DNA of 64,000 nt from Thermoplasmatota archaeon (GTDB lineage Archaea > Thermoplasmatota > Penumbrarchaeia > Penumbrarchaeales > Penumbrarchaeaceae). The stretch spans positions 25,494 through 89,493 of the forward strand of contig JAWOCK010000113.1 of the NCBI GenBank assembly GCA_046483845.1. Reading direction: 5' to 3'. Both the position numbers and the translations under genes were made by a program. The notes beneath the pieces are model-generated. The model saw only the letters and a program-made list of their open reading frames with translations, was not told the DNA's origin and made no database searches. This document shows positions 57,792 to 64,000 of this stretch, in pieces (position 1 is the first letter of the stretch; the number at the start of each line of letters is the position of its first letter).

Positions 57792-58361
57792 TCAGTACAT
57801 GTCCAGGGGGGGTCGCATATCGATCTCTTCCTTGATCAAAGGAATGATCTTGTAAGGAAGGATATTCTTGTTGATAGGTGTGACCTCCAGGATCCTGACA
57901 TCGTCCCTTCTCCTGATATCCTGAAGAAGGGGATTGCGTGATTTCTTGTGTAAGGTCAAAAGCAGTGGCTTGTCGGCTTCCAATGCGTCCTTTACTACCT
58001 CCACGAAATTGGGTGATTCCACTTCCAGTTTACCTACCTCGTCGATGACTATGACATCGGCATTGTCAAGTGAACGGGCAATGGCTCTCACTCCGATGTT
58101 GTCCAGGGTATCTATGTTAACACCATAATCGAGGAACCTCACTTCGGAAGGCGAATTCACATGGGCGAGGACGCCCTCTTCCTTGGTCAGGAGATCCTGG
58201 ACCATGAAACCTACCTTTTCATCATTCTCCTTGATGGAGTCCGTGATCATTCCGCCGACCTTGATCTCCTCCATCTCCAGCATCTCCACGACCTTTCTGA
58301 GGGCGTGGGTCTTACCGGCCCCCGGCAATCCGGTAATTCCAATCTTTATCTTCTTGGTCAC
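57792..58361 (-). CDS. Nucleoside-triphosphatase (THEP1/COG1618)
   Basis: ITGLPGAGKT, VGGMIT, YGVN, IDEVGKLE. Confidence 0.9.
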   Translation of the reverse strand: MTKKIKIGITGLPGAGKTHALRKVVEMLEMEEIKVGGMITDSIKENDEKVGFMVQDLLTKEEGVLAHVNSPSEVRFLDYGVNIDTLDNIGVRAIARSLDNADVIVIDEVGKLEVESPNFVEVVKDALEADKPLLLTLHKKSRNPLLQDIRRRDDVRILEVTPINKNILPYKIIPLIKEEIDMRPPLDMY

Positions 58362-58574
58362 TTTTCCTCACCAGCCGAAAGCAGAAGGCACCCCTTGGAA
58401 ACAACCCCGTAATGTTGACTATCCTAATTAATGTATGGGATAGGTTCCACCGCTCTCCATAGTTGCCATATAATACCATATTTTCATTAAGGAAAATCGG
58501 AAAAAATGTCTGGACCAACCCACTGCGAAAAGTATATAGGGAATACTCCCAATGCCTTAAACAGGTGAGACCAG

Positions 58575-58811
58575 ATGGTAATAGGCTTCATTCTAATCAG
58601 TACCGCCCCGGCAAAGGAGCATGATGTGTTCAAATCCTTGATGAACGTTCCGGAGATAGTTGAACTCCACCCTCTATTCGGAGAATATGATCTGATAGCC
58701 AAGATAGAGGCAAAGGACTTCAACACACTTGGTCAGATAGTTGTGGAGAAGGTCAGGTCGATCCCCGGTGTCATCGATACCAAGACCCTGACCGGAATAA
58801 AGTTCACATAG
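58575..58811 (+). CDS. Stand-alone Lrp/AsnC ligand-binding (RAM) domain protein
   Basis: GFILI, HPLFGEYDLIAKIE, IPGVIDTKTL; no HTH. Confidence 0.88.
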   Translation: MVIGFILISTAPAKEHDVFKSLMNVPEIVELHPLFGEYDLIAKIEAKDFNTLGQIVVEKVRSIPGVIDTKTLTGIKFT

Positions 58812-58827
58812 TTGATCGCCAGAGCGG

Positions 58828-59286
58828 ATGAAACAGATGACCCTCCAAGGTGCAAAGATAAGGAAACATGCTGTCCTGCTGATATTGCTCAGCCTTGCGC
58901 TTGTAGCCTGCTCATGCTCGGTCCAGGGAAGGACCACCGAAGAGAGGGAGGATGCCTACCACAACGATCCTTTCACATACCTTGTCTTTTCCTTCGTCAT
59001 GTCCTTTTCCACAATGGCGGTCCTGACAAGTCTTTTCACCTTCAAGTTCGGTCAGAAGAGGTCGAAGATGGTGGCTGTACCCATGCTGTTGATCGGTCTT
59101 CTGAACTGGGGAATATGGATCACATTCAACTTTGTATTGAAGGAGAGCTACCCGGATGATACCATATTCGGCATAATCCACTGGGTGGCCGCTCCTTTGC
59201 TCAAGCCCTTGATGGTGCTTCTAGGAGTTGTTCTAGGAGCCGGTCTGGCCATATTCATATTCCTAACGGTGATCGTAAGGTCCTGA
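58828..59286 (+). CDS. Small membrane protein of unknown function
   Basis: Four hydrophobic segments; FTFKFGQKRSK loop. Confidence 0.7.
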   Translation: MKQMTLQGAKIRKHAVLLILLSLALVACSCSVQGRTTEEREDAYHNDPFTYLVFSFVMSFSTMAVLTSLFTFKFGQKRSKMVAVPMLLIGLLNWGIWITFNFVLKESYPDDTIFGIIHWVAAPLLKPLMVLLGVVLGAGLAIFIFLTVIVRS

Positions 59287-61221
59287 TCAAATACCTTCCA
59301 GATTGCCGGCCGTGTCCATGTATTCGCCTATTACCTTGTAGGCGAGCTCCTTCGGGTCGGCAACTATGAGGTCTCCAGAACCTGCTCTTGCGATCTTTCT
59401 TGCGGAAGTCACGAACATATCGTCCTTTGGTTCAAGTAGGAATATCTGGAAGGTGAGGTTCTGCACTCTGTTGAATCTGGAAGCTTCCTCCAGGGTCAGC
59501 TCCATTGCTTTTTCAAGGTCCCCCGCAACTGCCTGTCCTTGATCGTCAACATATGCTTCCGGCAGGCCGTCCGTTATCATGAACAGCAGGTTCCTGTCAT
59601 ACCTGGAACCCTCTAGGAGCTTCCTTGCCATGGCCAGACCCTCCTGGTGGTTAGTGAACCCTCTTGGTTCCAGGCCCAGAACCTCCTTGAGGGACACCGG
59701 CGACGCCCTGGTGGACACCTGTATTATATCCACCTTGTTCCTGGGATTCTCCCTCTTCAATGCCTGGGTCAGAGCAAGTACGGACCTCTTTGCAGCTTCG
59801 AGCCTCATGTTCTCTTCCATAGAGCCGCTGACATCCACGAGCAGGACCCCGTGCAGTTCCGAGGTGGTGACCTCCCTGTTAACCACTATATCGGACCTCT
59901 CCATATGTCTGTCATCGGGGTGGTTCGTCCTGGCATTTACCATGGACTGAAGCATGTCCATTCTGGCCTCTTCACCGATCATCCTCATCCTTGCTTTCTC
60001 GTAAACGCCTGCATCGGATACGTGCCGGCCTCTTCTGTCCTTCACCCCTCCTTCCTTCTCCATTATCTCCGAGAAAATGAACTCGGAGAACTTCTCCACC
60101 AGTGCTTCGGTGATCTCCCATTGGGTCTCCGCATCGTCCAGAGCCCTCATGTCATCCCTCTTCTCCAGATAACCCATGAAAGCCAGCGATGACACAAGCT
60201 GGTCCTTCATCTCTTTTCTTGTCAGCTCGTCCACCCTGCGGGCTTCCTCCCGGACCTCACCTTCCATCTCCTTTTCCAGCTTCATCGCCTTCTCTCGCAA
60301 TCTCCTCTCTCTCTTTCTGGCCTCTGAGAGTGATGCTTTCTTCTTCTTCTTGAGCTCTTCAAGCTCCTCCTCTTTGGAAAGCGCCTGCTCCTTCACTTCC
60401 TTTCTCAGGACCTCTTTTGCCCTTTCCATGTACCAATCCTCGTCATAGGACCTCTTGAGCTGGATATAGCCTTCATCCCAGCCGTACCTGTCCGACAGTC
60501 GCTGGTTCACCGCCTTCTGCAGACCGCTGTCATCCTTCAATCTATCCTCCATTCTATCCTCCAAACGGGACAGCTCCCCCTCAATTACCGGAAACGGCAG
60601 GGATATGGCACCTTTCCGCTCCTTTTTCCGTTCCCTCGACACCTCTTTTCCGCTCTTCTTTTTGAAAAGTGAACATATCAAACGAAAGAACCTCATGATA
60701 AGAGAAGCCAATCGTATGAAAAAGTGCTTCACTGACCTCCAGATCCTTCTCAGCAGGCCGACCTTCTCAACATACTCCCTGGGCTCCGACCGCCCCTCCA
60801 GAATGGATACCAGCTCGCTTGCTAGTATCTCGCCCCTGATCTGTTCGGAGGAGAACCTTCTGAATTGGCCCTGGTCCTCGAGAAGACCATCGTGGGCCTT
60901 TGAACCGACGATCTCCGCCTTTTCGCTCAATCTCCTTATCTGCCGGTCCAGGTTCTCCCGTCTCTTGGACCTGACCTTCTCAATCTGTTGCTCTATCTTC
61001 TTCCTCACCTCCCTCATCCTCTCATCCACGGCACCGGAGGCTGGAGGGGGATCCAGGAAATCATCAATTCCTTTCAGCCCTTTGGTGGCTATGTTCTGGA
61101 TCAGTCCCCTCTTTTCCCTGCTGGTGAGCCTGAAAGGGCGATACACACCCCTGGAACAATCTGGAAGGACTATTCCTGCTCCCTTGATATGAGGGTATGG
61201 TATTTCTTCATTCTTGGCCAA
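59287..61221 (-). CDS. von Willebrand factor A domain protein with long coiled-coil N-terminus
   Basis: MIDAS motif DVSGSM, GFTNHQ, MITDGLP. Confidence 0.88.
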   Translation of the reverse strand: MAKNEEIPYPHIKGAGIVLPDCSRGVYRPFRLTSREKRGLIQNIATKGLKGIDDFLDPPPASGAVDERMREVRKKIEQQIEKVRSKRRENLDRQIRRLSEKAEIVGSKAHDGLLEDQGQFRRFSSEQIRGEILASELVSILEGRSEPREYVEKVGLLRRIWRSVKHFFIRLASLIMRFFRLICSLFKKKSGKEVSRERKKERKGAISLPFPVIEGELSRLEDRMEDRLKDDSGLQKAVNQRLSDRYGWDEGYIQLKRSYDEDWYMERAKEVLRKEVKEQALSKEEELEELKKKKKASLSEARKRERRLREKAMKLEKEMEGEVREEARRVDELTRKEMKDQLVSSLAFMGYLEKRDDMRALDDAETQWEITEALVEKFSEFIFSEIMEKEGGVKDRRGRHVSDAGVYEKARMRMIGEEARMDMLQSMVNARTNHPDDRHMERSDIVVNREVTTSELHGVLLVDVSGSMEENMRLEAAKRSVLALTQALKRENPRNKVDIIQVSTRASPVSLKEVLGLEPRGFTNHQEGLAMARKLLEGSRYDRNLLFMITDGLPEAYVDDQGQAVAGDLEKAMELTLEEASRFNRVQNLTFQIFLLEPKDDMFVTSARKIARAGSGDLIVADPKELAYKVIGEYMDTAGNLEGI

Positions 61222-61240
61222 CTGAGCTCAGACCTCCAGC

Positions 61241-62686
61241 TTATTCGGTACAACCGAAATCCTTCATTGTGTTCATGATCCGGACCACCCCGGAGATGAC
61301 CTCCTCATCCGAGGCGGGACCCTTCTTCGACTCTGTTTTGAGTATAAACTCCCTGAGCAGATCCCCGTCCCCTCCCTTGGGAACGGTGCCCGAGGACATG
61401 GACCGTGCAAGCTTTTCAGCCCTGGAAACGCTGGAATCCAGTTCCCTCTTGAAAAATGTACACCAATATATCCTGAAAGCCCTTTCCATGGCCAGGTCGA
61501 TGTTCTCTTCGAGGAACTCGGTGAGTATCTCCTCATTCCTCAAGAAGGAGTCTCCACCCCTTGCCCTTATTCTGCCGAAGAGTGCGTCCTTCACGCCCTT
61601 CTTGAAGTTTTCGAAGGATATCGAGGTCCCACCAGAGAGCTTGGAAAAGGCTACGGAGCGCGACACCGTATCCAGTATGGTACGGTTGGAGCCGATCTCG
61701 GAGAGCTCGGGAATGTCCACGGAGAGGTCCCTCCAGGCCTCGACGATGAAGACGCCGGCATGCATGTATATCTCGGGGAAGTGCATATCCAGGTCGGGCC
61801 TTCTGAAGGAGACATCGATGATGGACCTGTTCTTCAAATGGTCCTTTATGTAATCCACGTATATGTTCGACAGCCTGTCGTTCAGGGGCTCGTTGATGGC
61901 ATCGAGGTCCTTCAGGTTGGAGGTGGTAACGGCCACAAAACCTGCCGGAAAGGTCTCCCTCGATTTGGCAGGTGTTACTATACCTTCCTGGAGTGCCTGG
62001 AGCAGAACGTTCTGCGTTCCCAGAGGCAGTTTGCCGACCTCGTCCACGAGCAGTAATCCTCTATTGGCCTGGAGGAGCTTGCCGGGTTCAAGGATCAACG
62101 GACTGGTCGGGTCACCAAGTTCTTCAAGTTTATGCAGGTTGTAGACACCGGTCAGATTATCGGGGAATACCTCGGAAGAACCCTGAACCCTTGCAAGACC
62201 ATAACCTTCCTTGAGATTCATGATGGAAACCGGGACCTTTGCGGGGTCGACCTGGGACGGGTGGAAATCCTGTCCCTTGATGCCGAAACGCGCCTCGCAT
62301 GAAGGACAGCAGGGGGAAACGGAGAAATGAGCTTCATCCACTACCGACATCGGATCATCTTGTACAGGACATCCTTCGACCGAATACACCTCCTTTGGGA
62401 AAAGCTGCCAAAGCTCCTTTGCAAGGCTCGTCTTGCCCGTTCCCGATGGACCGAAGAGAAGTAGATGCGATCCCCCGATCAGCGAAGCTATCAGGCTCTC
62501 CATCGCCTTTCTGTCGACCACGGTCCTAGGAAAGAGGAGCGACAGGCTCTCATCCAGAGAATAGCCTTTGCCCCTGTACTCCTGGACCCTCTTCAGGATC
62601 TCCTTTGCCAGAGATTCCCTTGCTGATAATGGAACATAGCCTGAACCTTTGAGCTCGGCGGCGTTGGAATACACTTTTAATGCCAT
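61241..62686 (-). CDS. AAA+ ATPase, ChlI/MoxR-related
   Basis: GPSGTGKT, PGKLLQANRGLLLVDE, QNVLLQALQEG, PLNDRL. Confidence 0.88.
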   Translation of the reverse strand: MALKVYSNAAELKGSGYVPLSARESLAKEILKRVQEYRGKGYSLDESLSLLFPRTVVDRKAMESLIASLIGGSHLLLFGPSGTGKTSLAKELWQLFPKEVYSVEGCPVQDDPMSVVDEAHFSVSPCCPSCEARFGIKGQDFHPSQVDPAKVPVSIMNLKEGYGLARVQGSSEVFPDNLTGVYNLHKLEELGDPTSPLILEPGKLLQANRGLLLVDEVGKLPLGTQNVLLQALQEGIVTPAKSRETFPAGFVAVTTSNLKDLDAINEPLNDRLSNIYVDYIKDHLKNRSIIDVSFRRPDLDMHFPEIYMHAGVFIVEAWRDLSVDIPELSEIGSNRTILDTVSRSVAFSKLSGGTSISFENFKKGVKDALFGRIRARGGDSFLRNEEILTEFLEENIDLAMERAFRIYWCTFFKRELDSSVSRAEKLARSMSSGTVPKGGDGDLLREFILKTESKKGPASDEEVISGVVRIMNTMKDFGCTE

Positions 62687-62800
62687 CTTTACATCTCCTT
62701 GGGTCTCCGTCCTTCAATGACGTCGTTTTCGTATAGGGCAATCATTATAATAATTTAGTCAGTATGCGCAGGTCGTGAACCCGCATATTCAAAAGGTGGT

Positions 62801-63781
62801 ATGATGAAGGTTTTGATAACGCGCCGTATACCTCAGATCGGGATGGATATTCTGTCCGAATTCGCCGACCTCGATATATGGGAAGAGGATAGCGCCATAC
62901 CCAGGGATGAGTTCCTGGGGAGGTTGGTCGGCAAGGATGCGGTGATCTGCCTGCTCAGCGACAGGATGGACGCCGAAGCCATGGAGAGCGGAAGTGAACT
63001 GAAGGTGATTGGGAACTATGCGGTGGGTTATGATAATATCGACGTGGAGGAGGCGACCCGTAGGGGAATTCCGGTACTGAACACTCCGGGCGTGCTCACC
63101 GATGCCACGGCCGACCTGGCATTCGCTCTCATCCTCTCTGCTGCAAGAAGGATACCGGAGGGCGATAGGTATATCAGGGCAGGCAAGTTCAAGACCTGGG
63201 GGCCCAGGTTGATGCTTGGAAAGGACCTTTCGGGCATGACATTGGGAGTGATCGGTGCCGGAAAGATAGGAAGTGCTGTTCTTAGAAGGGCGCGCGGTTT
63301 CGGCATGGACCTTGCCTACAACAGCAGGACCAAAAATAAAGGCTTGGAAGAAGAGCTCGGGGCCAGGTTCCTCGAGAAGGACCGGATCCTAAGAGAGGCC
63401 GACATAATATCACTGAACTGTCCCCTGACGGAGGACACCTACCATTTGATCGGCGAAAGGGAGCTCTCCATGATGAAGGACGATGCCGTGCTGGTAAACA
63501 CATCCAGAGGGCCCGTGGTGGATGAGAAGGCACTTTATAGGGCTTTGAAGGAGGATCGGATCCACTCCGCCGGACTTGATGTCTTCGAAAATGAGCCGGA
63601 GGTCTTTCCACCCCTCATGGAGCTGGATAATGTGATAATGGTCCCGCATATCGGCTCCGCCACCGTGAGAACAAGGGACAAAATGGCGGAGATGGTGTCC
63701 AGGGGCATCACAGACGTCATCCAGGGAAGAATACCCCCGAACCTGGTGAACCCCGACACCATGAAGGAAAAGGGAGCATGA
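62801..63781 (+). CDS. gyaR: Glyoxylate reductase / D-2-hydroxyacid dehydrogenase
   Basis: AVGYDNID, NTPGVLTDATAD, GAGKIG, NTSRGPVVDE, GLDVFENEP, PHIGSAT. Confidence 0.9.
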   Translation: MMKVLITRRIPQIGMDILSEFADLDIWEEDSAIPRDEFLGRLVGKDAVICLLSDRMDAEAMESGSELKVIGNYAVGYDNIDVEEATRRGIPVLNTPGVLTDATADLAFALILSAARRIPEGDRYIRAGKFKTWGPRLMLGKDLSGMTLGVIGAGKIGSAVLRRARGFGMDLAYNSRTKNKGLEEELGARFLEKDRILREADIISLNCPLTEDTYHLIGERELSMMKDDAVLVNTSRGPVVDEKALYRALKEDRIHSAGLDVFENEPEVFPPLMELDNVIMVPHIGSATVRTRDKMAEMVSRGITDVIQGRIPPNLVNPDTMKEKGA

Positions 63782-63785
63782 TCCG

Positions 63786-64000
63786 TTGAAAGAAGAGGAC
63801 CTCCATCGGACGGGTTTCAACTTCGAGATAAAGGAGATGGACCTTGCAGGCAGGACAGGTGAGCTATCCCTCAACGGAAAGAAGGTGACCACTCCAGAAC
63901 TTATGCCGGTGGTGAACCCGAACAAATATCTGAAGGGGGAAGCGGTATCGCCCGGAGAGCTGAGGGACAGGTTCGGGTTCGGGATGATCATCACGAACTC
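63786..64000 (+). CDS. tgtA: Archaeosine tRNA-guanine transglycosylase, N-terminus (runs off the right edge)
   Basis: Read by hand from TTG 63786: FEIKEMDLAGRTG...TPELMPVVNPN...FGFGMIITNS. Confidence 0.85.
   Translation, partial: MKEEDLHRTGFNFEIKEMDLAGRTGELSLNGKKVTTPELMPVVNPNKYLKGEAVSPGELRDRFGFGMIITN

Noticed and set aside
1-64000. Genome-wide recoding of TAG
   Set aside because: Several conserved genes (ABC ATPases, tyrS, aEF-1beta, thioredoxin) end at TAG at their expected length; only one internal TAG was noticed

Overview
Archaeal chromosomal segment, most likely Thermoplasmatota. This rests on GGTGA-type ribosome-binding sites, TATA promoters, archaeal TyrRS/AspRS/aEF-1beta/TgtA, a DUF6015-like protein and several large surface proteins with C-terminal membrane anchors. 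Most of the window is housekeeping, transport, redox-stress (hcp, fprA, thioredoxin, protein disulfide oxidoreductase) and cell-surface/proteolysis genes. The accessory signal is concentrated at the two tRNA genes and at 16.0-20.1 kb. (1) tRNA-Val(UAC) and tRNA-Asn(GUU) are each followed by two more copies of their own 3' end. The spacers differ in sequence but fold alike, with an inverted copy of the cognate tRNA end and a 'CC(A)-hairpin-(A/G)AGG' module. This is the best candidate for an undescribed element family. (2) A 330-nt, internally deleted group IIC intron with both ends intact sits just after a hairpin. (3) There are three PIN toxin-antitoxin loci: one intact and flanked by a 101-bp direct repeat of a gene 3' end, one split at a UUU-UGA site, and one decayed. 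Other oddities are a ~120-aa insertion before KMSKS in TyrRS, an in-frame amber codon in a surface-protein tail and a stand-alone ATP synthase subunit D gene. All calls are by eye from motifs; no searches or folding programs were run.
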